DNA of 63,874 nt, counting the filler, from Octopus bimaculoides (Eukaryota), in NCBI RefSeq assembly GCF_001194135.2. It is 5 parts of 5 records of this genome, joined end to end, with 100 filler letters (N's around TTAATTAATTAA, not from the genome) between each part and the next. Parts side by side here need not be neighbours in the genome. Positions count along the whole stretch, not along the records: positions 1 to 28,140 come from NC_069001.1; positions 28,241 to 42,022 come from NC_068985.1; 3 more parts are not named here. One strand, written 5' to 3'. The translations under genes and the position numbers were made by a program. This document shows, piece by piece, positions 24,685-37,400 of this stretch. How positions within the stretch are numbered: the stretch's first letter is position 1; each line of letters begins with the position of its first letter. The notes below the pieces were generated by a model that saw only the letters and a list, made by a program, of their open reading frames with translations, did not search any database and was not told the DNA's origin.

Positions 24685-24740
24685 TTGACAAACATTCATC
24701 TGACGTTACCAAGAGAATCAAAGAGAGACGACTAAAACTG
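24685..24740 (+). CDS. CCDC180: CCDC180-like exon 4 (reading-frame ambiguity, see findings)
   Basis: TTTTATTATAG| acceptor and CT|GTAAGT donor; two frames are open (LTNIHLTLPRESKERRLK and VDKHSSDVTKRIKRETTKT). Confidence 0.72.
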
Positions 24741-24774
24741 TAAGTAATTTTTTTCTTTTTTTCTAAGCAGTTCT

Positions 24775-25255
24775 CATTGAAGACGAAAAGGAAGGTCTAT
24801 AGGAGTTGTGTGAGAGCTACAATGCTGTGTGGGAGTGAGATATGGTGTTTGAGGGAGAAAGAGAGGGGCAATTTTGAGAAGGACTGAGAGAGCAATGGTG
24901 AGAGAAATGTGTGGGGTGAGGCTGTTTGATAAGAGGAGGACTAAGGACTTGATGGGGATTCTGGGGTTGGAGGAATCAGTGAAATGGCTGGGAAGGGCAA
25001 ATGGAGTGTGGTGGTATGGGCATGTGTTGAGGAGGGTTGAGGAGCATGTTCTGGAGAGGGTGCTAGAGTTTGAGGTAAATAGACAGCGAAAGCGAGGTAG
25101 ACCGAGGAAAATGTGGAGGGGACAGGTGGAGGAGGAGATTGGGAGGGTTGGCTTGAGAAGGGAGAATGCCCAAAACTAGGAAAGATGGCAAGACACTGTG
25201 AGGGTGGTTGCTATGGCATCAAGGTAGATCCAGCCACCCCCATTAACAGGGACAA
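24775..25255 (+). mobile_element. Divergent RTE LINE 3' fragment (different subfamily)
   Basis: CVRATMLCGSEIW, RRTERAMVREMCGV, WYGHVLRR, RGRPRKMW. Confidence 0.8.
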
Positions 25256-25303
25256 AACCCAGATTTAAAATGGTGGATGATGATGGTGAACTTATGAATT
25301 TAA

Positions 25304-25544
25304 CCCTTTTACTGCAGAAATCAGATATATCCACTCAAAATTTCATTACCCTTAACTGCGAAAAACAGTTTTATATACCAAACCATCTTTTGTTGAGGAA
25401 TGTCATGTTTAAATCTATTTTCTGTTGCGATATGTCAAGTTTATTGAGGCAACATGACTTGCAGAAAATACCAATTCTATTTTTTTTTAGATATTTAACA
25501 TCATGGCTGGAATAACCATGAAATTTAATTTTGCAGTGAAAGGG
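25304..25544. mobile_element. piggyBac-type MITE with TTAA TSD
   Basis: TTAA|CCCTTTTACTGCAG ... TTGCAGTGAAAGGG|TTAA; a related truncated copy starts near 23260. Confidence 0.75.
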
Positions 25545-26272
25545 TTAAAAAGAAGGGAAAAGGATGTTGTTATTGTTATTTAGCCCAAGGTCGTTTCTGA
25601 ACCTGCAGACCTAGTGAAGGCACATGGCCTACTAGTTAGGGTGTTGCACTCACAATTGTAAGATTGTGGTTTCAATTCCCAGCCCAGGTGGTGCGTTGAG
25701 TTCTTGAGCAAGCACTTCATATCGTGTTACTCCTGTCCATTCAGCTATTGTAAACAAATTCCAGCAATGGCTGGGAAGGTAACTCCGCAACAAACCATTA
25801 TTCCATTCAAGGAGGAATGTTGTAATCTCAACCACTTATATTCCATAGGAACCAGGTTAAGTTCCTGCTTTATGAATCCTAGGGCCCATGATTGACCTAA
25901 ATAAGATGTATAATCAAAGATATTCCAGCCTTGACCATCTTGTCTTTTTCTCAGACAAACTGTATTTAAAACATTGTCTAATGCAATCCTTATTTTAAAA
26001 AAATAATGAGGGTATGATTTTGAAGGACATTTGACAGTTACTTTTAGCAAATCAAGTCACTACATAGAAGATGTGATGGTGTTGTTTTGCTAACAGGTCT
26101 ATGATGAAATGTAGAAGGTCTATGATCATATGTAGATGTTCATTTTCAAAGCTGGTAGGGGTATGATTTAGCTGTTATTTTGGGCATGTCAGGCAATTAT
26201 GTTGGGGCTTCCCCATGGATATGATATTGTTGTTTAGTCTCCAGGTCAGTCTTTACAGAGCAGATTTATGGG

Positions 26273-26408
26273 GCTCAGCTCAGCTTGGCTTGGCTCAGCT
26301 CAACTTGGCTCAGCTTGGCTTGGATCAGCTCGGCTTGACTCTGCTCAGCTTGGATCAGCTCAGCTTGGATCAGATCAGCTTGGATCAATCAGCTCATTGG
26401 CTCAGCTG
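26273..26408. repeat. Degenerate pentamer array (GCTCA/GCTTG/GATCA)n
   Basis: About 27 consecutive 5-nt units read directly. Confidence 0.85.
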
Positions 26409-26726
26409 CCCTTCCCAACAAGGAATATTGGGCAGAGTAAATGGCTGGATGGAAATATTCATGTAATGTAGAAATTTGGACAGTAAGGCAGTTCTTGGAA
26501 TAAAGGAATGCTCATGAGATTTTGGAGGTAGGCTGAGATGAGATCAGGCTTTTCCCAATTGGAAGTAAGATGCAAATAACTGGTTAGAAAAGTCTCTTAA
26601 CCCAATGCATCTATTATAAAGGGTCTGCCAATATAGATCATTACTAATGGTTTCTGGTTCCTACTGTTTTACTTTATTATAAAAATCAGTTCAGTGCCTT
26701 GTATAATGATATCCATTCTTTTCTAG

Positions 26727-26778
26727 ACATGAGACATCTCTGGAAGATATGTACCAGGATCTTGGGGTCATCAATTCA
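26727..26778 (+). CDS. CCDC180: CCDC180-like exon 5
   Basis: TTCTTTTCTAG| acceptor, phase 2; HETSLEDMYQDLGVINS resembles recalled YESALASFQEEIAQVGK; donor TCA|GTAAGT. Confidence 0.75.
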
Positions 26779-27682
26779 GTAAGTTTCCTGTATTTAATAA
26801 TCTCTGTAATGCTTCCTTGATTTTGGATCATTTTTTTCTCTTCTTGGATATTTCTTATAATTGAATATGATGCAACATTCCAGTTAGTTGTCCATTCCTA
26901 AGTTTGAACCTTCATTGTTCCTAACAAGGTTCTTCCGTTCTAACCATTTTCTTGTTTCTATTGATAATTCTTCCTGCTTGATGTATCATGTGTTTATTTA
27001 GATAATTCTTTCTTGCAACCAAACAATCAGATGTTATACACTGCTGGTCACAGTATGCTTCCTCTTGTTGTTGAAGCTTTCAAATGATGCCACCCCCACT
27101 GGTTAGGCAGGTAGACCAACATTCCCCTGAATGGAAAGCTAGTCCACCACAGGGTTACCCATTTATAGCTGAATTGACTGGAGCAACATGAAATGAAGTG
27201 CTTTGCTCAAAATAACACACTGCTGGTCTGAGAACCAAAACCACAGTCTTGCAAAATTGAGTAAATATAAATTGAATACTCTATACTTTGTGTGGTGGCC
27301 ATGGCAAAAATTTGAAAGTTCTGAGAACTGATACTTTCTTCTTTGAAGAAGATTTTATCATCTTCTTCAAATTCTTCAAGTAACACTTGAAGAGGAACGT
27401 AAAGAGTGGTGAGTGTAGATCAACGAAAACTACTGAAGAGAGCCCTTTCCTTTGGCAGTAAAGGTGATCTAGGATCTTTGAGTTTGCTGATTGGTTCCAG
27501 ATTGCTCCTTGTTAGTCATCTGTTCTATCCCAAAGTTAACTTTGGCATTCATCCCTCCAAGATTGATAAAATAAACTAACACTCAAGCATCGGGATCATT
27601 GTAGTTGACTTACCCACTCCCATAAAATTGCTGGCCTTCTACTAAATATTTGAAGCCTTACATTTTTTAAATTTTTTAATAG

Positions 27683-27787
27683 AACATTGAAGTTATGCTT
27701 GAAAATTGCTGCAAAGATTTCTCTGAGAAGGTGGCGAACATCGACAAAGTTACAGAAAGCCTGCTTGAAATCGAAGAATCTGATAAG
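27683..27787 (+). CDS. CCDC180: CCDC180-like exon 6 (last traceable exon)
   Basis: TTTTTTAATAG| acceptor; NIEVMLENCCKDFSEKVANIDKVTESLLEIEESDK, 35 codons, phase 0-0; donor AAG|GTATCA. Confidence 0.75.
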
Positions 27788-28095
27788 GTATCATTTTAAT
27801 TTTCTTGGCACCTCTTACAGTTCAAGAAGGATAGATGACAGTGCTGTTACTGTGAGCTGCAACGATGTTGGGGTGCACTAACATTTTGGTTAATGTAGTG
27901 TCCTTTATAGGAATCAAACATGGGACATCAGAGTGAAAGCTAATAGGAATCCTAACACTAGAACTCTATAGAATTGTTATCTTTTCCTCATGTGTCTGCA
28001 ATGGTGTGAAGATTTGATTCAGACTAACTCTCTATTGGCTATATTTTATAGTTTCATAATGTTAAATTGATTACAGATGAATTACCACTTATGTA

Positions 28096-28140
<45 letters not shown>

Positions 28141-28240
28141 NNNNNNNNNNNNNNNNNNNNNNNNNNNNNNNNNNNNNNNNNNNNTTAATTAATTAANNNN
28201 NNNNNNNNNNNNNNNNNNNNNNNNNNNNNNNNNNNNNNNN
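28141..28240. other. Artificial scaffold-join linker (N44-TTAATTAATTAA-N44)
   Basis: Exactly 100 bp; the same structure occurs at four sites. Confidence 0.9.
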
Positions 28241-28452
28241 AATACAGGTTACTTCACAGTTTTTCTGTATTTGATTGAGAAACCAGTGGTCTACCGTTGA
28301 GTTAAATGTTTTTAAGAGATAAATTTTGAAAGCTGCATTCCCTCGCTTTCAGTAAATATGTTGCTTATTCTTTTGGTAGTTTTTGACTTATTTAGTCCCT
28401 CGAAGCGTGAGGCATTAATACACAGTTAATGCCCTTTATATATAAGTATATA

Positions 28453-28516
<64 letters not shown>

Positions 28517-29092
28517 CAGACCCTCGAGTACGATCAATAAATATTTTTAATAAGGCTACACACTTGTTGAAGAAATACGATGTCGAATAATATCGACCTC
28601 ATTAATATAACTGTGTTTTTATTTTTTTATGGAGACTGAAAGAATGAAACGCAAAGTTAATACCGTTGGGATTTGAACTCAGAACGTACTTAACAGCAAG
28701 ACTTTTTGTTCGTGGTTGCAGTATTTCTGTCATTCCATTGTCTATCACAACATAATTATGTCAGTTGCAAGTAGAAAATCGATAATAACAATATAAGTAT
28801 CGGAGATAACGATAGCGTAACGACTGCGACAGTGGAAGCTGTTGCGATATTTAAACACACAATAAGCGGTAACAGCAATAAGGATGAAGATAATCAGCAA
28901 GTAAATAAATAAATAACATTTTTACATGAGTTATATATTGATGTAGAGAGAGAAAAGACAGCAGACATCAACCTGATGACTAAACAAATGGAAGACATCG
29001 AATTTTCAAAGTAGAGAGGAATAGAGGTAAGTCTTTCGTTTTAGGTAGTTAGAAAGTGAAAGACAAACTCAGTAAAAGTCAGTATTATAGCT

Positions 29093-29555
29093 GCAGGAGT
29101 GGCTGTGTGGTAAGTAGCTTGCTTATCAACCACATGGTTTTGGGTTCAGTCCCACTGCGTGGCACCTTGGGCAAGTGTCTTCTACTATAGCCCTCGGGCC
29201 GACCAAAGCNNNNNNNNNNTCAGTCCCACTGCGTGGCACCTTGGGCAAGTGTCTTCTACTATAGCCCTCGGGCCGACCAAAGCCTTGTGAGTGGATTTGG
29301 TAGACGGAAACTGAAAGAAGCCCGTCGTATGTGTGTGTATATGTTTGTGTGTCTGTGTTTGTTCCCCCAACTTCGTTTGACAACCGATGCTGGTGTGTTT
29401 ACGTCCCCGTAACTTAGCGGTTCGGCAAAAAGAACCCGATAAAATAAGTACTAGGCTTACAAAGAATAAGTCCTGGGGTCGATTTACTCGACTAAAGGCG
29501 GTGCCCCAGCATGGCCGCAGTCAAATGACTGAAACAAGTAAAAGAGTAAAAGAGT
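29093..29555 (+). mobile_element. Full-length tRNA-derived SINE
   Basis: GCAGGAGTGGCTGTGTGGTAAG head through GAAACAAGTAAAAGAGTAAAAGAG tail. Confidence 0.88.
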
Positions 29556-29600
29556 ATTAGCCGGACACTTTGCAATGAATTAAAGCTGAATTCGGAAGTA

Positions 29601-29771
29601 CCGTACTTTAATGTGTACAAGGAACCCCCTAATTTTGGGGGCCTAAAATTAGGTAAAAAGGTTTTGTAAGGGATTATAATACTATCCATGTATAAGAAAC
29701 TCCCGTATTTTTTAAATCTAATTTTTGATAAAAAAAAAAAAAAAGGGATCATTATACACGTTAAAATACGG
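29601..29771. mobile_element. Tc2/pogo-like MITE with TA TSD
   Basis: TA|CCGTACTTTAATGTGTA ... TACACGTTAAAATACGG|TA. Confidence 0.7.
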
Positions 29772-29904
29772 TAGTTATACTAATTGGTTTCAGGTTTTGG
29801 CACAAGATCAGCAATTTTGAGGGTGGGTATACGTCGATTACAGCAACTCCAGCGCTCAACTGGTACTTATTTAACGACCCTGGAAGAATGAAAAGGCAAA
29901 ATCG

Positions 29905-30263
29905 GCCGATGCCAGTACCACCTGACTGGCTCTCGTGCTGGTGGCATGTAATAAGCACCATTCATGCATGGGTCGTTTCCAGTGCTGCTTGACTGGCTCC
30001 CCGTGCCGGTGGCATGTAAAAAGCACCATCCGAACATGGTCGATGCCAGTGTAGCCTGACTGGCCCTTGTGCCGGTGGCACGTAAAAAGCACCCACTACA
30101 CTCTTGGAGTGGTTGGCGTTAGGAAGGGCATCCAGCTGTAGAAACATTGCAAGATCAGATTGGAGCCTGGTGCAGCCTCCTGGCTTGCCAGTCCCCAGTG
30201 AAACCGTCCAACCCATGCTAGCATGGAAAATGGACATTAAACAATGATGATGATGATGATGAT
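29905..30263 (+). mobile_element. RTE 3'-UTR fragment with three internal subrepeats
   Basis: Repeated GCCAGT..CTGACTGGCTC..GTGC(C/T)GGTGGCA..TAA..AGCACC units followed by the terminal block and (GAT)n. Confidence 0.85.
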
Positions 30264-32765
30264 TTTCTCCAGTGCGATTACGATTCTGCTAGATTACCGC
30301 CTTAGTAGTTATACCATTTAACTATTGCTTCTCTGTCTACACCAAGCTGTAGCATCGGATTATTTTGCAGTGAATCGTCCCCCATCAATTAGATTAAACT
30401 CTACAGAGCATGGTAGTAGGAAAAGAGACCCAGAGAGGAAAGAATTTGGTCAAATGCTTCAATAATACTTGCACATACAACGCCTGTAAATTTATCATTT
30501 TTGCTTTCGTCTTTTTTTTATATATATGAACATGTCTGGCGACTCACCAAACACGTAACTCATTACAGTACATCGCTGAATTATTAATTAACTCCAACGA
30601 TGCAAGAAACGTAATGCTAATTTCAATATCAATTGTCATGGTGGAGAATGGATGGGCAGCAACGTTAGAGAGTCTCTGAGTTCAAATCCTGCCAAGGTCA
30701 ATTTTTATATTTTATCCTTTCTGAGTTGATAAAAAAAAAAAAAGTACCGAATCTGATGACATAAAAGATGCACAGGCGTATTAGACGCACCCCAATACCA
30801 GCAGCATATATTCAGGAACAAAATACTTTGATATATTACAGCTTATGGGAAGTCCAACTTTGATTATAAGTTCAGGGTGATTTCGGAGGGGCATATTTTA
30901 AAGAAAAAGTACATTTTGTATGCCATCAAATGTGATATGAAACCAAGGCGGTAGATTGCTGAACTGTAAAGAACATCAAGTCGAATGCTTTATAGTATTT
31001 GCTCTGGCTCTTTGCGTTCTGAGTTCAAATCCCACTATGGTTTACGTGAGTGGAGGACTTAATCCATCAGCCACTTTAAATCAACCACCAGATAACTTGG
31101 ATGCTTTTAGCTAAGTCCACTCTGTTGCAAGAATTTGGGCCAAGTTTCCAATTTAGGATACCTCTCCCTCTTTCCCCTTCTCTCTCTTTCTCTCCCTCAC
31201 TCCCTCTCACCCACTTCTTCCCTATCTTTCTCCCACTAGTCTCTTTTCTCGATTAAAAGATGTGAAAAAAGACTATCCCTGGAGAAGCAATTCCTTTCAA
31301 TCATATCAAGAGTTTTTTTATGTCCTCCACAATTCTCACAGTCTCGACTGCTGTTTGGAAGGTTTAATTAATTCTTCAATACATAAACAATTTCGAAATG
31401 AATTTTTCAATTTGAAAAGAAAAAGAAGAAAATTCACTTTCATTTTATTGGCGTGTTTTAGCACAAGGCTAATGTCAAGTTTTGCCGAATTAATTTTCTC
31501 ACTTTCTGGATTACCGGATTAGAACAAATGGAATAGGTACAGAGATCCGTTATCAGAGTATAAGGGAAAAACTAATGAAAGAGATACTAAATGACTTACT
31601 TGAGTACAAGGAATAGATCAAGCATACAGTTACGTTACACAGGTTCTACATGCAACAGAACAAAAGAAAAATATATCGGGTTACATTATCAGGGTATTTA
31701 TCAAAATATTGTTCAACACAGTGCCTGCGATTCTTTCACAAAGATAAGACAGACCTGTGGTTTTCTAGATACAGCTATATATATATTTCTTTTTATTTGT
31801 GTGTGTGTGTGCGCGCGCGCTTTCTGCGGGCATTCGGCTCACGAGCGTAAGGTCATGAGTTCAATTCCCGGCGACACGTTGTGTCCTTGAGCAAGACACT
31901 TTNNNNNNNNNNNNNNNNNNNNNNNNNNNNNNNNNNNNNNNNNNNNNNNNNNNNNNNNNNNNNNNNNNNNNNNNNNNNNNNNNNNNNNNNNNNNNNNNNN
32001 NNNNNNNNNNNNNNNNNNNNNNNNNNNNNNNNNNNNNNNNNNNNNNNNNNNNNNNNNNNNNNNNNNNNNNNNNNNNNNNNNNNNNNNNNNNNNNNNNNNN
32101 NNNNNNNNNNNNNNNNNNNNNNNNNNNNNNNNNNNNNNNNNNNNNNNNNNNNNNNNNNNNNNNNNNNNNNNNNNNNNNNNNNNNNNNNNNNNNNNNNNNN
32201 NNNNNNNNNNNNNNNNNNNNNNNNNNNNNNNNNNNNNNNNNNNNNNNNNNNNNNNNNNNNNNNNNNNNNNNNNNNNNNNNNNNNNNNNNNNNNNNNNNNN
32301 NNNNNNNNNNNNNNNNNNNNNNNNNNNNNNNNNNNNNNNNNNNNNNNNNNNNNNNNNNNNNNNNNNNNNNNNNNNNNNNNNNNNNNNNNNNNNNNNNNNN
32401 NNNNNNNNNNNNNNNNNNNNNNNNNNNNNNNNNNNNNNNNNNNNNNNNNNNNNNNNNNNNNNNNNNNNNNNNNNNNNNNNNNNNNNNNNNNNNNNNNNNN
32501 NNNNNNNNNNNNNNNNNNNNNNNNNNNNNNNNNNNNNNNNNNNNNNNNNNNNNNNNNNNNNNNNNNNNNNNNNNNNNNNNNNNNNNNNNNNNNNNNNNNN
32601 NNNNNNNNNNNNNNNNNNNNNNNNNNNNNNNNNNNNNNNNNNNNNNNNNNNNNNNNNNNNNNNNNNNNNNNNNNNNNNNNNNNNNNNNNNNNNNNNNNNN
32701 NNNNNNNNNNNNNNNNNNNNNNNNNNNNNNNNNNNNNNNNNNNNNNNNNNNNNNNNNNNNNNNNN

Positions 32766-33449
32766 ATTTGTAAATGACATGCTGTACTGCTTGGCATTCG
32801 TACTGGAAGCTCCAATACGAACATTTCAGAGTATTTGGGTGTCAATCTGAGGATATGTACCAGGAGTGATATAAATCAAACATCCAGTCAACATCATGAT
32901 GTTTGGAGTGATCACTCGTGATGGCGACGTTATGCCTCCATTCATCTTCCCACATGGCCTCAGACTCAACACAGAGGCCTAAATCAAGTGCCTGGAGGAG
33001 GTAGTGCTGCCCTGGGTCAAGAGGGTGGCTGCTGGAAGACCCTATGTCTGGCAACAGGACTCTGCACCATGCCACACAAGCAGGAGAACCCAGTCATGGC
33101 TGTCAGACAATTTTTGCTACTACACCACCCCTAACATCTGGCCATCTAACTTCCCAGACTGCAACCCCGTTGATTATTATGTGTGGGGCACAGTTGAGTG
33201 AGAGACCAACAAAACTTCTTGCAATACCAAAGATGAACTGAAGACAAGGATTATGGCAGCATTTGCCAATTCAAACAAGGAGAACGTCCAGAAGAGTTGC
33301 AGGAGATTCTGAAGTCATCTGGAGGCAGTGGTTGAAGCCAGTGGCGATTTTATTGAATAAATTTACTCTTTAGTATTTCAAGATATTTTTATGTAATTTG
33401 GTAAATATACCTGTTAGAATGAGATGTCAGTGTTATTTTCATTTTTGCG
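32766..33449 (+). mobile_element. Internally deleted maT/DD37D-like Tc1-mariner element
   Basis: Same family as 23521-24135 (QQDSAPCHTS, WPSNFPDCNPVDY), preceded by an apparent 5' segment joined directly to the catalytic part. Confidence 0.82.
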
Positions 33450-33459
33450 NNNNNNNNNN

Positions 33460-33555
<96 letters not shown>

Positions 33556-34483
33556 TCACACACATATATATACATACATATATATATATGAGAGAGAGAG
33601 AGATTGGGTGGGTATGTTCTGGTATCCATAAATGTAGGTATCAAGGCATTCATTAGTCACGCCCAGTAATTAACTAAAATACTGTAACAATATGTGAGGA
33701 TTGATTAATTGTCCACGAGTTTACATTCAAGACTAAAAGCATGCTTAATACAACAAATGACAACAATTAAGAGTAATTTCAAATGATTAAGATATCAATT
33801 CTAGATCGATACATTACGTCAGCCTGCATTTATCTATACGTCCATCATGCAGGAGGCACACATGAGAAATTTTCCAGTCATTGTTTTAAATTATGTAATT
33901 AATGAGTAATTATGTCCATATGCTCTCTAAGTCATTCTCAGACCTTGTAGTTAGACTATATTTTGTTGAAGAGGTCTAATAAGAGTGAAACATGTTCATA
34001 GTTTTCACCATACTTGCTAAAGGTCAGACTTGTACCCCACAACATGTCTCATATGTAAGCTTTAATTTCAGATTTGTCTCCCTTGTCTTCCTTCAGAAGA
34101 ATTGTCAATAATGCTGATAGTTGTTCTTTTCCATAGCGGGATATAATTTAAATTGAGCGTGGATGTTGCCAGTACCGCCTGACTGGCCCTCGTGCTGGTG
34201 GCACATAAAAGCACCCACTACACTCTCGGAGTGGTTGGCGTTAGGAAGGGCATCCAACTGTAGAAACTCTGCCAGATCAGATTGGAATCTGATGCAGCCA
34301 TGCAGTTCACCAGTCAAATCGTCCAACACATGCTAGCATGGAAAGCGGACGTTAAATGGTGATGATGATGATGATGATGATGATTAAACATTCTTTTTCG
34401 CTCACTACACAAAGTATCTTAGCCCGCACTTAGCTTTATATTCTTCATGCAGAAGGCATTCTTAGTAAACTTTTTAATATGAT

Positions 34484-34523
<40 letters not shown>

Positions 34524-35862
34524 GGAAGCGTAAGTACTGCCTCAAGTCCTAAGATTCATGGGGTCGATTACCCGGTTCCCATGGCGTATATGTGACTGAG
34601 ATCACCAAATCCCTCCTGAAGGGGACACTGGTCTATCACAGGGATACTCATTTGCAGTTGAGGGAAGTGGAACAATGTAAAAGTAAGTGTTATGCTCAAA
34701 AATACAATGCACCGCTATCCGGGAATTGAAACCACGACCTTGCGATCATGAGTGCAACACCCTAACCACTTCACCACGCACCTACAAAGATACATCCATT
34801 ACATAATTCAATGTTTTTGTGCACTGCTTCCATTTGCAGTAAGGCGTCTCTGCATGGTAGCCCGATCTTCGTAAATTGATTTGGGGTGAGGAAGCGAAGA
34901 AAAGGGGGAACACACAACACAATATAAATTCATGAATAGACCCCTCGCGCAATGTATTCAAAAAAAAAAAAAAGGTTGGGGTTTGAAGCGGGACTGCAAC
35001 AAAAATCGATACTATATAATTAGGCTGTTTGATGAATTTATCGATAATTGTCTAGGAAACTGCATTTGGTGAGGGTGTTACTGATAACTAATCAATAGGG
35101 CAACCAGCAGTAATATTGATCTTCATCAACTTTATTAAAAAAAAAAAAACATAGCTGAAATGGTTGTTAGTCGCCGTTATTATAACTGAACATTTTCATT
35201 GCTATCAGACTACAGTAAAGAGCAATGAGGTGGTTGGATTAACTGGGATACGCTGGCAACNNNNNNNNNNNNNNNNNNNNNNNNNNNNNNNNNNNNNNNN
35301 NNNNNNNNNNNNNNNNNNNNNNNNNNNNNNNNNNNNNNNNNNNNNNNNNNNNNNNNNNNNNNNNNNNNNNNNNNNNNNNNNNNNNNNNNNNNNNNNNNNN
35401 NNNNNNNNNNNNNNNNNNNNNNNNNNNNNNNNNNNNNNNNNNNNNNNNNNNNNNNNNNNNNNNNNNNNNNNNNNNNNNNNNNNNNNNNNNNNNNNNNNNN
35501 NNNNNNNNNNNNNNNNNNNNNNNNNNNNNNNNNNNNNNNNNNNNNNNNNNNNNNNNNNNNNNNNNNNNNNNNNNNNNNNNNNNNNNNNNNNNNNNNNNNN
35601 NNNNNNNNNNNNNNNNNNNNNNNNNNNNNNNNNNNNNNNNNNNNNNNNNNNNNNNTATATATATACATATATATATATACACACACACATATATACGACG
35701 GGCTTCTTTCAGTTTCCGTCTACTCACAAGGCTTTGGTCAGCCCGAGGCTATTGTATAAGACACTTGCCCAAGGTGCTATGCAGTGGGACTGAACTTGGA
35801 ACCATGTGGTTCGTAAGCAAGCTACTTACCACACAGCCACTCCTACGCCTATGTATACTTTT

Positions 35863-35898
<36 letters not shown>

Positions 35899-36023
35899 TT
35901 CTTTTCTTTTCTTTTCTTTCCTTTTCTTTTCTTTTCTTAATCATTTCACCTCCACACTTTATGTCTGTCTTTGTATTGTGCCCCCACCACCTCAACCTTT
36001 GCCCTTGTGGCAAATAAATGAAA

Positions 36024-36300
<277 letters not shown>

Positions 36301-36980
36301 TGTTTGAATATTAATTTGAGCATGTATGCACATGCATGATGCGTGTACGTATGCACATGCACGATGTGTGTGTGTGTGTGTGTGTGTGACTAACAGAACC
36401 CATTAATCAATACCACACACCAAACAGGGGTGGGTGGTACTACAGCCCAGACCAAGGAAAAAAAAACATTCGTCATTGATAATCAATAATAATGTTATGA
36501 TTTGCATCTATGTAATTACACACTATTCAATACTGATATCGAATTTCAGCACAAGGCCAGCAGTTTCGGAGGGAGAGGGTAGCTCAATTACATTGAACTC
36601 CAGTATTCAACTGGTACTTATTTTATCAACCTCAGAAAGGATGATAGGCAAAGTCAACACTGGCAGAATTTGAAACCAAGACATAAAGACAGGCGAAATG
36701 CTGCTAAGCATTCCTCCTGGCGTGCAAATGATTCTGCTAGCTCACCATCTTAAAGTGTCTTGCTCAACGTGTCGCCAGGAATAGAACTCATGACTTTATC
36801 ATCGTGAACAGAATACCCTTACCATTAAGCCACGCGTCTTCACCTTTGTGTATTTCATATTGAGGATGCATATGTTGTTGTTGTTGTGTTTAATTTGAGG
36901 ATAGTCATGGTCCAGCAGACTCATCTTAAAAGACATTCCAACCGTAACCATCCTGTTTTTTTTCTGTACCATTTACAGTA

Positions 36981-37400
36981 GGATGTGATTTGAGGGAAAT
37001 TTGGCTGCTATTTCGATCGACCAACTACATATAGCAACCAAGTGTTCCTTCAAAGTTAGTCGGTACCATTGACCCAAGTACTTGACTGGTCCTTAATTTC
37101 ATCGACCCTGAAAGGATGAAAGGTAAAGTTAACCTCAGCAGGATTTGAACTCAGAGATATTAGGTATGGAAGGATGTGATTTGGGGGAAATTTGGCTGCT
37201 ATTTCAATCGACCAACTACATATAGCAACCAAGTGTTCCTTCAAAGTTAGTCGGTACCATTGACCCAAGTACTTGACTGGTCCTTAATTTCATCGACCCT
37301 GAAAGGATGAAAGGTAAAGTTAACCTCAGCAGGATTTGAACTCAGAGATATTAGGTATGGAAGGATGTGATTCGAGGGGAATTTGGCTGCTATTTTGATC
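36981..37400. repeat. 191-bp direct tandem duplication (2 copies plus a partial third)
   Basis: GGATGTGATT recurs at 36981, 37172 and 37363; units are near-identical and made of SINE fragments. Confidence 0.9.

Noticed and set aside
28185-28196. TTAATTAATTAA palindrome as a conserved regulatory or recombination site
   Set aside because: Always centred in exactly 44+44 Ns at four places; an assembly linker, not biology.
30400-30575. Minus-strand two-exon mini-ORF MSYVFG|VVCASIIEAFDQILSSLGLFSYYHAL
   Set aside because: Weak polypyrimidine tract, very short product, no recognisable homology.
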